Source of the DNA: Clostridia bacterium
Lineage (GTDB): Bacteria; Bacillota; Clostridia; Christensenellales; QALW01
NCBI GenBank assembly: GCA_017516345.1
Contig: JAFXDC010000065.1
Coordinates: 481 to 64,480, forward strand
Length of the DNA: 64,000 nt
Direction: 5' to 3'
Positions 27,405 to 36,787 of the stretch are shown here, one piece after another. The notes under the pieces are model-generated. The model did not search any database. It saw only the letters and a program-made list of their open reading frames with translations, and was not told the DNA's origin. The position numbers and the translations under genes are program-made. Position 1 is the stretch's first letter. The number at the start of each line of letters is the position of its first letter.

Positions 27405-28448
27405 ATGTCGAACAATTCGTTAACACTTAAATCAATACTCATCGTGGTAATGGACATAGCATTGGTGGGCATATGTCTTCTTGTTTTTGCGCTGTTCCAC
27501 CACGTTTTGCCTCAGGCGTCAAATCCCGAGGCAGGTGCTACACAGATAATCATTACCAGGCCTACCGCCACCGCAACCGTGACCCCCACACCGGGAGATA
27601 ATTCCATGCCTCCCGACGTGACCTCCACTCCTTATGTGGATTACGGTCAGTTTGGTGAAAGATTTGCCGATAAATTCGCTACAGATGATACCGTTACCCA
27701 AACCGCTACCGAGTATCGCAGTAAGGATATATATATCAGCCTTTCCATGCATACCACAGAGTTTGACAGAGGACAGGTCGTATACCACGTAGCTGATATC
27801 TACGTGCGCAATATAGAGAATTTCCGTACCAAGCTTGCACATGATACCTACGGCAGAGGCTTTACCGAGGACGTACGTAAAATGAACTTTAATGAAGGCG
27901 GCATCGTGGGACTTTCGGGAGATATGACGTCATCCACTCGCGGCGGTATTGCCATCAGAAACGGCGTTGTATATTGCTCGAAGACCTTTGGTGATGTTTG
28001 CGTGCTGTATTGGGACGGTACCATGGTTACCTATGAGGAGGACCGATTCAGCATGGACGAGGCCGTTGCAGGGGGCGCATATCAGGCGTGGGATTTCGGT
28101 CCCAAGCTACTTGACGATAACGGCGAACCGCTTGAGGAGTTCAATTCAAGAGTAAGGCTGCACAATCCCAGGAGCGTCATTGGCTATTATGAGCCCGGTC
28201 ACTATTGCTTTGTTATTATAGAGGGCAGAATAGACCGTTCCGCAGGAGCGACCATGGCGCAGACCGCCGAGATAATGCAGCGCCTCGGCTGTAAGCAGGC
28301 ATATAATCTTGACGGAGGTCAATCGGCCATTATGGCGTATAATAACGGAGATGGAGACTGGAGCAACGATTTTGTCAACATTCCGTATAATGGCGGAAGA
28401 CCGCTTACCGATATGCTTTTTATAACCGAGTATACTCCTGAGCAGTAA
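27405..28448 (+). CDS. Membrane-anchored phosphodiester glycosidase family (DUF2233-like) protein
   Basis: 347 aa. N-terminal TM anchor and Thr/Pro linker. C-terminal 'PRSVIGYYEPGHYCFVIIEGRIDRSAGATMAQTAEIMQRLGCKQAYNLDGGQSAIM' resembles the DUF2233 'R..iG...dGR...S.G.t..e.A...LG...A.NLDGGGS' pattern. Confidence 0.65.
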   Translation: MSNNSLTLKSILIVVMDIALVGICLLVFALFHHVLPQASNPEAGATQIIITRPTATATVTPTPGDNSMPPDVTSTPYVDYGQFGERFADKFATDDTVTQTATEYRSKDIYISLSMHTTEFDRGQVVYHVADIYVRNIENFRTKLAHDTYGRGFTEDVRKMNFNEGGIVGLSGDMTSSTRGGIAIRNGVVYCSKTFGDVCVLYWDGTMVTYEEDRFSMDEAVAGGAYQAWDFGPKLLDDNGEPLEEFNSRVRLHNPRSVIGYYEPGHYCFVIIEGRIDRSAGATMAQTAEIMQRLGCKQAYNLDGGQSAIMAYNNGDGDWSNDFVNIPYNGGRPLTDMLFITEYTPEQ

Positions 28449-28479
28449 GACGCGTCGCGCAACAAACGGTATAAAATAA

Positions 28480-28510
28480 AGCCATCCGCATTTGCGGATG
28501 GCTCATTTTT
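28480..28510. terminator. Bidirectional terminator (DUF2233-like gene / dnaJ)
   Basis: agccatccgca / tgcggatggct stem, followed by a T-run on + and an A-run upstream. Confidence 0.75.
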
Positions 28511-29619
28511 TATTTTCCGAATATACCCTTTTTCTTGTCCGACTCCTTGCCGTTAAGACTGTCGTCAAAGGCCCTGAGAAGCTCCTTCTGCTTGCCGGAA
28601 AGTCTCTTGGGTACGTCTACACCCACCGTGACGTAAAGGTCGCCCTTATCTGAGGAGTTAAGACGCTTTATGCCCTTGCCCTTGATGCGGAATACTGTAC
28701 CCGGCTGCGTTCCCTCGGGTATTTTATACTTGATGCTATCCTCAAGGGTGGGGACTGTTATCTCAGCTCCAAGGGTGGCGTTGGCGTAGCTTATTGCGAT
28801 CTCAAGATAAAGGTCGCTTCTGTCGCGCTTGAACATCTTGTGCGGCTTAACGGAGAAGTAGATGTAAAGATCACCTGCTGCACCGCCACGTTTGCCGTGC
28901 TCGCCCTCACCGCGCAGAGTAATGGCTTGACCGTTATCAATACCTGCCGGTACGTTTATATTGATCTTACGGGCTCTCTTGATCCTGCCCTTTCCCGAGC
29001 ATTTTTTGCAGGGAGTACGGATTATTTTACCCGTGCCGCCACAGCTTGAGCATACCTGGGTAGAGGAGAAGCTTCCGAACATGGTGTTTTGAGTGGTGCG
29101 TACGTGTCCGCTTCCGTGACAGGTGTGACAGGTTTCGGCCCCCGTGCCCTTTTCCGCACCGCTGCCGCCGCACTCGTCACAAACCTCCTCGCGGTTAAGG
29201 TTGATCTCCTTTTTAACACCGAAGGCCGCCTCTTCAAAGGTAAGGGAAATATCTACACGCAGATCTCTGCCCCTCTCGGGACCGTTCTGCTTTCTTCCGC
29301 CGCCAAAAATACCGCCGCCGAATATGTTCTCAAATATATCCTCAAAGCCGCCAAAGCCCGCACCTGAATATGCACCGCCTCCGCCAAAGCCTGTCTGAGG
29401 GTCCGCAGAACCGTATCTGTCGTAATTTGCACGCTTTGTGGAGTCCGACAGAACGGCATAAGCCTCATTTACCTCCTTGAATTTGGCCTCTGCCTCGGCA
29501 TTTCCGGGGTTAAGGTCGGGATGGTATTTTTTCGCCATTTTGCGATATGCACTTTTTATTTCATCATCAGTCGCGGTCTTGGAGACGCCAAGCACCTCGT
29601 AATAATCTTTGTCTGCCAT
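28510..29619 (-). CDS. dnaJ: Chaperone DnaJ
   Basis: 369 aa. J domain 'DYYEVLGV...KYHPD', G/F region, and four CxxCxGxG zinc-finger motifs. Confidence 0.95.
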   Translation of the reverse strand: MADKDYYEVLGVSKTATDDEIKSAYRKMAKKYHPDLNPGNAEAEAKFKEVNEAYAVLSDSTKRANYDRYGSADPQTGFGGGGAYSGAGFGGFEDIFENIFGGGIFGGGRKQNGPERGRDLRVDISLTFEEAAFGVKKEINLNREEVCDECGGSGAEKGTGAETCHTCHGSGHVRTTQNTMFGSFSSTQVCSSCGGTGKIIRTPCKKCSGKGRIKRARKININVPAGIDNGQAITLRGEGEHGKRGGAAGDLYIYFSVKPHKMFKRDRSDLYLEIAISYANATLGAEITVPTLEDSIKYKIPEGTQPGTVFRIKGKGIKRLNSSDKGDLYVTVGVDVPKRLSGKQKELLRAFDDSLNGKESDKKKGIFGK

Positions 29620-29685
29620 TGATATGTCCTCGTGTTTTTACTTAAATGCTCCAAGCGAAGCATCTACTTCGCTTGGAGAAGGATA

Positions 29686-31524
29686 TTATTTATCGTCGTT
29701 TACGACCTCGTAGTCGGCATCGTAGACCTTTTCGCCGCCCTGATCATTGCTTGCGCTTGCGCCCGCATCTGCTCCGGGCTGACCCTGCTGAGCCTGCTGC
29801 TGATAGATCTTGCCGAATACCTCGTAGGATACGTTGGTAAGCTTCTCGGTAGCGGCCTTGATGGCGTCGAAATCGGTACCCTCAAGAGCCTTCTTGGTTG
29901 CCTCGAGCTCCGTGTTGATCCTTGCGGAATCATCTGCGGAGAGCTTATCGCCAAGCTCCTTCATGGTGCGCTCGGTCTGATAAACAAGGTTGTCTGCATT
30001 GTTGCGGGTCTCGATGTTCTCCTTGTTCTTCTTATCCTCTGCGGCGAACTGCTCGGCCTCCTTGACCGCCTTGTCGATCTCTTCATCGGAAAGATTGGTG
30101 CTTGCGGTAATGGTGATCTTCTGCTCCTTGCCGGTGCCGAGATCCTTAGCCGAAACGTGAACTATGCCGTTTGCGTCGATATCAAAGGTAACCTCGATCT
30201 GGGGAACTCCTCTGGGAGCGGCGGGGATGCCGTCAAGATTGAAGTTGCCGATGGTCTTATTGTGTGCCGCCATCTCGCGCTCGCCCTGGAGAACGTGAAT
30301 GGTAACAGCGGTCTGTCCGTCAGCGGCGGTGGAGAAGATCTGGCTCTTCTTTGCGGGGATGGTGGTGTTGCGCTCGATAAGCTTGGTGCAAACTCCGCCA
30401 AGGGTCTCAATGCCGAGAGAAAGGGGGGTTACGTCAAGCAGAAGCACGTCGTGTACCTCGCCTGCAAGCACGCCGGCCTGAATTGCGGCACCAAGTGCTA
30501 CACACTCATCGGGGTTGATTCCCTTATAGGGCTCCTTGCCGGTGGCATCCTTAACTGCTGCCTGTACGGCGGGGATACGGGTGGATCCGCCTACGAGCAC
30601 TACCTTGTCGATCTGGGAGAGGGAGAGACCGGAATCCTTGATGGCTTTGTTTACGGGATCAATGGTGGCCTGTACAAGGTCACGGGTCATCTCGTCAAAC
30701 TTGGCGCGGGTAAGGGTCATATCAAGGTGAACGGGCTCGCCGTTAGCAACGGTGATATAGGGAAGGCTGATGTTGGTGGACATCACGCCGGAAAGGTCGA
30801 TCTTGGCCTTCTCAGCAGCCTCCTTAAGACGCTGCATAGCCTTTTTGTCCTTGGACAGATCTACGCCGTCGCTCTTTCTGAACTCGTCAACCATCCAATT
30901 GATGATGCGGTTATCAAAATCGTCACCGCCAAGACGGGTGTTGCCGTTTGTGGCCAGTACCTCGAAAACGCCGTCGCCGATCTCAAGAATGGATACGTCG
31001 AAGGTGCCGCCGCCAAGATCGTAAACAAGGATCTTGTGGTTGCCGTCCTTGTCAAGACCGTAGGCAAGGGATGCGGCTGTGGGCTCGTTGATTATACGAA
31101 GAACCTCAAGACCGGCGATCTTACCGGCATCCTTGGTGGACTGACGCTGAGAGTCGGAGAAGTATGCGGGAACCGTGATAACTGCCTGAGTTACGGGCTG
31201 ACCGAGATAACTCTCCGCATCTGCCTTAAGCTTTTGAAGGATCATGGCAGATATCTCTTGAGGAGTGTAATCCTTGCCGCCCATGGATGCCTTGTAGTTC
31301 GTGCCCATCTCTCTTTTAATGGAGATGATGGTGCTGTCGGAGTTTACAACTGCCTGACGCTTTGCAATAGCGCCTACAAGACGCTCGCCGTCCTTATTTA
31401 CTGCCACTACCGAGGGAGTGGTTCTGCTGCCTTCGCTGTTAGGAATTACAACGGGCTCGCCACCCTCCATAACTGCTACGCAGGAGTTGGTCGTACCTAA
31501 ATCTATACCAATAATTTTGCTCAT
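29686..31524 (-). CDS. dnaK: Chaperone DnaK (Hsp70)
   Basis: 612 aa. '[15 protein letters not shown]', 'DLGGGTFD' and '[10 protein letters not shown]'. Confidence 0.97.
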   Translation of the reverse strand: MSKIIGIDLGTTNSCVAVMEGGEPVVIPNSEGSRTTPSVVAVNKDGERLVGAIAKRQAVVNSDSTIISIKREMGTNYKASMGGKDYTPQEISAMILQKLKADAESYLGQPVTQAVITVPAYFSDSQRQSTKDAGKIAGLEVLRIINEPTAASLAYGLDKDGNHKILVYDLGGGTFDVSILEIGDGVFEVLATNGNTRLGGDDFDNRIINWMVDEFRKSDGVDLSKDKKAMQRLKEAAEKAKIDLSGVMSTNISLPYITVANGEPVHLDMTLTRAKFDEMTRDLVQATIDPVNKAIKDSGLSLSQIDKVVLVGGSTRIPAVQAAVKDATGKEPYKGINPDECVALGAAIQAGVLAGEVHDVLLLDVTPLSLGIETLGGVCTKLIERNTTIPAKKSQIFSTAADGQTAVTIHVLQGEREMAAHNKTIGNFNLDGIPAAPRGVPQIEVTFDIDANGIVHVSAKDLGTGKEQKITITASTNLSDEEIDKAVKEAEQFAAEDKKNKENIETRNNADNLVYQTERTMKELGDKLSADDSARINTELEATKKALEGTDFDAIKAATEKLTNVSYEVFGKIYQQQAQQGQPGADAGASASNDQGGEKVYDADYEVVNDDK

Positions 31525-31583
31525 AATAAAGCCTCCTAAAATTATAATTAAATTTATATATTAAACGCTTTTAGCGCCTAATG

Positions 31584-32147
31584 TCACTCTGTAACCTTTA
31601 CCATTGTGTAACGGATGACCTTGTCACCAAGCTTGTAGCCCTTCTGAAAGACCTCGCTTATAACTCCGCTTTCCATTCCTTCGGGTGCGGGCTCCTGAAG
31701 CACTGCCTCGTGAAGATTGGGATCAAACCTGTCGCCGATACTGCCGATAAGCTCAACGTTGAGATCCTCCAGGGTCTTTTCCACCTGCTTTCGGACGAGC
31801 TTTAAGCCATCTGCAACCGCATCGCCCTCCTTGGCGTGAAGAAGTGCTCTGTCAATGTTATCGATAACGGGCAGGAATGCCTTAATGGCCTCCAGCTTGC
31901 CGTCAACTATGGCCTCTGCTCTTGCCGATAGGGTGCGCTTGCGGTAATTGTCAAAATCAGCCTGAGTGCGGCGGGCAATGTCGATATAATAGTCTATCTT
32001 TGCCTGCATCTCATCTTGCTTGCTTGCAGAGTCTGCCTCTGCAGCCTCCGAGGGGTCCATGTATTCGCTTTGGGTCTGTGCTTCCTGCGCCTCTGCCGCC
32101 TCGGTATTTATTTCCTCTTGCTTTTTATCCTTCTTGCTCATGGTCAT
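31584..32147 (-). CDS. grpE: Nucleotide exchange factor GrpE
   Basis: 187 aa. Acidic N-terminus, 'RTQADFDNYRKR', and position between hrcA and dnaK. Confidence 0.9.
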   Translation of the reverse strand: MTMSKKDKKQEEINTEAAEAQEAQTQSEYMDPSEAAEADSASKQDEMQAKIDYYIDIARRTQADFDNYRKRTLSARAEAIVDGKLEAIKAFLPVIDNIDRALLHAKEGDAVADGLKLVRKQVEKTLEDLNVELIGSIGDRFDPNLHEAVLQEPAPEGMESGVISEVFQKGYKLGDKVIRYTMVKVTE

Positions 32148-33198
32148 TCTCCTTAACGTTGTTGTCTATTCGCTTGCCCGAGCTGCCAAGCACCTCTGCA
32201 AGCGAATCCTTCATATATGATAAGACCTGTATTACCTTATCGTATTTCATTCTTACAGGCCCTATAACACCTATGGTGCCCTCGGATCTGTCCCCGACCT
32301 TATATGTCGCGGTAACCACCGAGCAATCCTTGAACTGCTCGTTTTGGTTTTCGCTTCCGATGGTTATTTTAAACTCCATACCGTCATCGGAGTTTATTAC
32401 ACTGCTTATCTGTCTGTTGGAGTCAAGCAATGACAGCATGCTTCGCGCCTTATCCACGTCGTCATATTCGGGATGATTCAAAAGCCTTGCCGTGCCTCCG
32501 ACGGTAAACGAGCTGTCCGCGCTAAGCAGATGATCCCGCAGTATCTCGGTGACCTGGGTGAATATCTCGCGCTGACCCTGAAGCTCCTGCATTATCTCTC
32601 TGTGTATGTCAAGATCGTCCGCCGAAAGGACTCTGCCCGCAAATATCTTATTAAGATTTTTGCTTACGTCGTCAAGCTGATCCGCCGTAATGGGGCTGTT
32701 AAAGCTTACCGGTGTGTCTCTGACTATTCCCACGTCGGTAACAAGCACTACAAGCGCTGAGGTGCTGGTGATGGGGACGAGCTGAATGTGCCGCACCGTG
32801 ACTCGATTTAATCTTGGCGCCATTACTACGGAAACGTAGTCGGTCGCTTCGCTTATGGCGCTTGCCGCTGCTCTGAGCACCGACTCGGTCTGCACCATGC
32901 GCTCGTCATAATAATCGCACGCAAAGTTCATCTCAGGCGGGGTAAGCTGGGCCATCTCCATAAGGGAGTCAACGTACATCCTGAAGGCCTTATCCGACGG
33001 AATGCGTCCCGCAGAGGTGTGAGGCTGGTCCAGATATCCCATGCTCTCAAGCTCGTTCATCTCGTTTCTGATGGTGGCAGAGCTTATGCTCATGCCCATG
33101 TGCTCGGCTATGGTCTTGGAGCCAACCGGCATTGCTGTGGAAATATAATCGTCAATGATGGTCTTAAGGATCTTCTTTTTTCTTTCCGAAAGCTCCAT
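32125..33198 (-). CDS. hrcA: Heat-inducible repressor HrcA
   Basis: 'MELSERKKKILKTIIDDYI...PVGSKTI'. The track ORF (to 33237) reads through CIRCE. ATG 33198 behind GGAGAAG is the likely start. Confidence 0.9.
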   Translation of the reverse strand: MELSERKKKILKTIIDDYISTAMPVGSKTIAEHMGMSISSATIRNEMNELESMGYLDQPHTSAGRIPSDKAFRMYVDSLMEMAQLTPPEMNFACDYYDERMVQTESVLRAAASAISEATDYVSVVMAPRLNRVTVRHIQLVPITSTSALVVLVTDVGIVRDTPVSFNSPITADQLDDVSKNLNKIFAGRVLSADDLDIHREIMQELQGQREIFTQVTEILRDHLLSADSSFTVGGTARLLNHPEYDDVDKARSMLSLLDSNRQISSVINSDDGMEFKITIGSENQNEQFKDCSVVTATYKVGDRSEGTIGVIGPVRMKYDKVIQVLSYMKDSLAEVLGSSGKRIDNNVKENDHEQEG

Positions 33199-33230
33199 AA
33201 CGCTTCTCCTTTGCTTATGACGATTGCTCG

Positions 33231-33257
33231 TTAGCACTCAAAGCCCTTGAGTGCTAA
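33231..33257. promoter_or_regulatory. CIRCE operator (HrcA binding site)
   Basis: TTAGCACTC-aaagccctt-GAGTGCTAA, a perfect match to the CIRCE consensus TTAGCACTC-N9-GAGTGCTAA. Confidence 0.95.
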
Positions 33258-33266
33258 CCTGAACAA

Positions 33267-33295
33267 AGTATATAACTGTTATGCGTTTTTGTCAA
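33267..33295 (-). promoter_or_regulatory. Sigma-A promoter of the hrcA operon
   Basis: On the minus strand: TTGACA (33295-33290), 17-nt spacer, TATACT (33272-33267), placing the start just upstream of CIRCE. Confidence 0.75.
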
Positions 33296-33375
33296 CATCT
33301 TTTATACACTTTATTTTGAACAAATTATTAATTTTTTATTTTTATTTGTAAAACAGCGTTTTTTTTGAGTAAATA

Positions 33376-33403
33376 TAAAAAAACGAAGGCGTAGAAGCCT
33401 TCG
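33376..33403 (-). terminator. Terminator closing the five-gene operon
   Basis: On the minus strand: cgaaggc ttctac gccttcg followed by T7-8. Confidence 0.8.
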
Positions 33404-33414
33404 TTTTGTGTTTG

Positions 33415-36400
33415 TCATTCGTTGCTCGTTGCTCTCTTTGGGATCTTTAAAACGCCGTCACGGGTGATGATGTTGTAAAAATATGCGATCTCACGTCTGT
33501 TGCCGTTTACGTTAGCATATATTCGTACGCTTCGTATGGCGTTTTTCACAACGTCTCCGGGATTGATGGCCTCTCCCGAAACGGTGACCTCAAGCTCGTG
33601 CCCCGGAACAAGACTGCCGCTTACTATCCACCAGTTATCGTTTGTAAGGGGGGTGCCGTCATAGGGCTTGGAATCCGACGCCGACTGAATGATCAGATCC
33701 CTTTTAAGGATGGTCATGGTGCCGTCAAGCAGGGTTATGCTTCCGTATGATGCAGTCACGTCCTGCCCGTTTTCATCAAGAATCGCAAAGCTTGTTATCT
33801 TGTTGGGATATATGCCCGGATCTGTCTGTCCGTATCCCGATTCGCTCATGGTGATGCGCACGGTGTGACCGGGCAGCAAATATCCGTTAAGCACTCTGTA
33901 GGGGGTCTCGCTCCAACGGCTGAAGGTCTTGCCGTCATATTGCTTTGTAAGGCTGTAGGCCTGAATGGCAAAGCCTTCGGTCTCGGTGTCTTGACCCGGA
34001 TAGTCCTGAGGATGCATGGCGGGGGTCACGTCTACGGGTACCCAACCTACCGAATCGATAAATACCTCTACCCAAGCGTGTCCAACACGGAGCGGAGTAT
34101 ACTTCTTTGAGTTTACCTCGGATGCATATCCCACGACGTATCGCGAGGGTATACCGAGAGCTCGGAACATCATGGTGCCTGCACAGGCAAAGTGTTGGCA
34201 GATGCCGCGCTTTGCCTTGGTCAGGAAATATACTGCTATATCCTCCTTCGCCGCGGCGTTATTATAAAGCGTGTTCGCCCCCAGATCGTATTGTGCTGCG
34301 CTTGATATGTATTTTTTTACCGCCTCTATGGTGCTTACGATGTTGCCCGTATCAAGTCCGTTTTGATATGCGATCTTCTGCATTGCAAGACGGGTGGAGT
34401 CGGGGATCTGCAAATATTGAGAGTAAACAAATTGAGTATAATCTGTTATGCCGTCATCATTTTTCAACACTTTTCTTAAATTATACAGTTCGTTGTAATT
34501 TAAGAGGTTGTAAAAATCGAAGGTATATTCGTTGGAGCTTCCGGTAAAGTATATGTCGTTTGCCCCATAGCGCTCGGCAGAATCATAAGTAAAGTAGGGC
34601 GCAAGTATCAGATCGGGATCCTTCGTAGCAATGGATATCTTAAGCCTTGTGGAATCTCCGTACTTTGTCTTTATTCTATGACCAACGTAATCAAGCGGAG
34701 CAATGTGGTCCGGAGCAAGCTTGTTTATGCTATAGGGAACACCTATCGTGAAACCGTCGCCCGTATAATCTCCGTATGACGAATGGCGAAGATACGCAAC
34801 GGTATATATCGCATGGTCGCTGATCAGCTTTATTTGAACCTTGGGCTCTTTTGATATTTTGCTCGGATCAACAAAGCCAATACCTACGTACCCGGGAGGC
34901 TGGCTGCTACCGCCGCTGCTACCGCCACCGCTACCGCCGCCGCTTCCACCGCCGCTACCGCCGCCGCTACCGCTACCGCTTCCACCGCCGCTTCCACCGC
35001 TGCTACCGCCGCTACCGCCACCGCTATCGCCACTATTACCGCCCGGGGAAGGGGGTGTGGCGTCGGAGGGAAGAACGGTTATAGTGCCAAAGCTGTAGGT
35101 GATTATGTAGCACCCTGTGGTGTCCTCGTTGCCACTTTGAGTTGAGCGCATGCTTACTGTAAAGTAGTTGGGGCTCTGTCCAACCTCGGTCTGACTTCCC
35201 GTATAGTGCGGAAGTATCATATCTGTGCTTATAAGCTTACCTGAGGTAATGGTATATGAATAGCAGGTGAGAGGATAACCCGTGTACCTTCCGGTAATAC
35301 TACCCGAGAGCAATGATATTTCGATGGGATCGACGGTCAATGTGCCCTCATCCACTATAATATTGTATCCCTCATCGGTAACCTCCCTGCCGTTTTCATC
35401 CTTTATCACAACGTTGAGCGAGTTGGGGGAGATCCCCGCAAGGGTCTGACTTCCGTCGGTATGGCATTGCATGGTGTGATTGGGTAAGAGCTCGCCGCCC
35501 GTGTGCTTAAAGCCGGAGTGGGTCAAGGGTGTGCCGTCGTAAGACTTGGAGGCTGATTCTGTAGTGAAGGTCAATACTATCGGGCGTATCTCAATGGTTC
35601 CGGCATCCTGAATTAAGGTGTAGTTTTTGGTTACGTCCTTTCCGTTATCGTCAACGACCATTATGTCAAAATAGTTGGGATACTTGCCCCACGTCGTGAC
35701 GGGCGAGGGGGTTGCTATAATACGGTGACCCTCAATAGGCTTGCCGGATACAAGCTCCCAGTTGCCGCGGTCCACCGCAATGCCGTCGTAGTCCTTGGAT
35801 ATACTGGAGGTTTTTATGGTAAGGGTGATGGGCTTTATCTCCAGCTTTCCCGCCTGAATCTTTACGGAATATTTGCTTGTTACGTCCTTGCCGTCCTTGT
35901 TGGTTATACTGTAGGAGGTTGGGGTTATTACGTGTGTTCCCGCGTTTTCACTATAGCTTTTAACGGAAACTCTTAGCGAGTCGCCCTCTGCCAATGAGCC
36001 CTTGGTTATTTTGTAGGTTACGTTAAAGTCGAGCTTGCCGTCGTAGGTCTTGGTGATGCTACTAAAGCTTAAGGTAATGCTTCGGGGGATGATCCTGTAG
36101 CGCATATCGACCCGCTCAAGATCGTATCCCTCGGTGACGTCGGTACCGTACCTGTTAACTATTCTTATAGAGTTGTTTAAAACCATAAACAAATTGGAGC
36201 CGCTGCCCATCTCTGATACCCTCATGCTTGCTACGTCAAGACGGTCTCCTTGGGCAAGACTGTTCGCAACGGTTTTTTTGGATATGAGATCATATACACT
36301 CTCGCCGTATTCGCATTGCCCATTAAGTGTTAAGGTCAGCGGTCGCTTTGCGAGCATAAACGTGGTGCTGTTGCTGTAGCGAACCGTTCCAAATGGGCTT

Positions 36401-36756
36401 ACGGTGTATGCACGTACAGAGTACTGTCCCTGTTTATGGGGAAATGCATCCGACCAGGTGACACCGTTATCGCTTGAATATTCGTATTTTGCTATGGTAA
36501 AAAGAGTTGTCTCCTTAAACGCCTCGGTATCGCCGTATATAACGGTATCCTCGCAATTCAGGGAGGTTAAAAACGAACCGCTGAAAAAAAGAAGTGCAAA
36601 AACCGTGACTGTCAGCATGGAAACCGACGTGATGACCAAGACCTTATGTGCTGCTATCCAGTTAAGTATCTGCTTGAGACCGATCAACAGGCGTTCAAAT
36701 CTTTCGTATTTGTCACTTCTTCTAAGCTCGATATAGGTGTTGGTTAGATCACTCAT
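33415..36756 (-). CDS. Giant N-terminally anchored exported protein: YDG-type beta repeats + Gly/Ser linker + transglutaminase-like cysteine-protease core + 2 more repeats
   Basis: ORF to 36822, but ATG 36756 behind AAGGAG is the likely start (about 1113 aa). TM 'VLVITSVSMLTVTVFALLFF'. Repeats carry 'K.YDG.PL....W.L.SG.L..GH'. About 50-aa G/S linker. TGase core 'GICQHFACAGTMMFRALGIPSRYVVGY...GHAWVEVF...GWVPVDVTP' (Cys-His-Asp). Confidence 0.75.
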   Translation of the reverse strand: MSDLTNTYIELRRSDKYERFERLLIGLKQILNWIAAHKVLVITSVSMLTVTVFALLFFSGSFLTSLNCEDTVIYGDTEAFKETTLFTIAKYEYSSDNGVTWSDAFPHKQGQYSVRAYTVSPFGTVRYSNSTTFMLAKRPLTLTLNGQCEYGESVYDLISKKTVANSLAQGDRLDVASMRVSEMGSGSNLFMVLNNSIRIVNRYGTDVTEGYDLERVDMRYRIIPRSITLSFSSITKTYDGKLDFNVTYKITKGSLAEGDSLRVSVKSYSENAGTHVITPTSYSITNKDGKDVTSKYSVKIQAGKLEIKPITLTIKTSSISKDYDGIAVDRGNWELVSGKPIEGHRIIATPSPVTTWGKYPNYFDIMVVDDNGKDVTKNYTLIQDAGTIEIRPIVLTFTTESASKSYDGTPLTHSGFKHTGGELLPNHTMQCHTDGSQTLAGISPNSLNVVIKDENGREVTDEGYNIIVDEGTLTVDPIEISLLSGSITGRYTGYPLTCYSYTITSGKLISTDMILPHYTGSQTEVGQSPNYFTVSMRSTQSGNEDTTGCYIITYSFGTITVLPSDATPPSPGGNSGDSGGGSGGSSGGSGGGSGSGSGGGSGGGSGGGSGGGSSGGSSQPPGYVGIGFVDPSKISKEPKVQIKLISDHAIYTVAYLRHSSYGDYTGDGFTIGVPYSINKLAPDHIAPLDYVGHRIKTKYGDSTRLKISIATKDPDLILAPYFTYDSAERYGANDIYFTGSSNEYTFDFYNLLNYNELYNLRKVLKNDDGITDYTQFVYSQYLQIPDSTRLAMQKIAYQNGLDTGNIVSTIEAVKKYISSAAQYDLGANTLYNNAAAKEDIAVYFLTKAKRGICQHFACAGTMMFRALGIPSRYVVGYASEVNSKKYTPLRVGHAWVEVFIDSVGWVPVDVTPAMHPQDYPGQDTETEGFAIQAYSLTKQYDGKTFSRWSETPYRVLNGYLLPGHTVRITMSESGYGQTDPGIYPNKITSFAILDENGQDVTASYGSITLLDGTMTILKRDLIIQSASDSKPYDGTPLTNDNWWIVSGSLVPGHELEVTVSGEAINPGDVVKNAIRSVRIYANVNGNRREIAYFYNIITRDGVLKIPKRATSNE
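34903..35043 (-). repeat. Low-complexity GGC/AGC codon tract encoding the (G/S)n linker
   Basis: On the plus strand: ctaccgcc / gctaccgcc / gcttccacc units iterated for about 140 nt. Translates to GGNSGDSGGGSGGSSGGSGGGSGSGSGGGSGGGSGGGSGGGSSGGSS. Confidence 0.9.
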
Positions 36757-36787
36757 GCAATAGCTCCTTTCGGTGTTGTTGAATTGA

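Noticed and set aside
29632-31500. 622-aa ORF on the + strand
   Set aside because: It is antisense to dnaK. The translation is low-complexity and G/L/V-rich with no RBS. This is a classic shadow ORF of a highly conserved, codon-biased gene.
33199-33237. N-terminal extension of hrcA given by the ORF track (MLTSNRHKQRRSV...)
   Set aside because: It would translate through the CIRCE operator. The ATG at 33198 has the RBS and yields the canonical MELSERKKKIL start.
34841-35098. Pro/Leu-rich (PPLPPPL...) and Arg/Tyr-rich ORFs on the + strand
   Set aside because: They are antisense and alternate-frame readings of the Gly/Ser linker tract in the TGase-like gene, so they are repeat artefacts.
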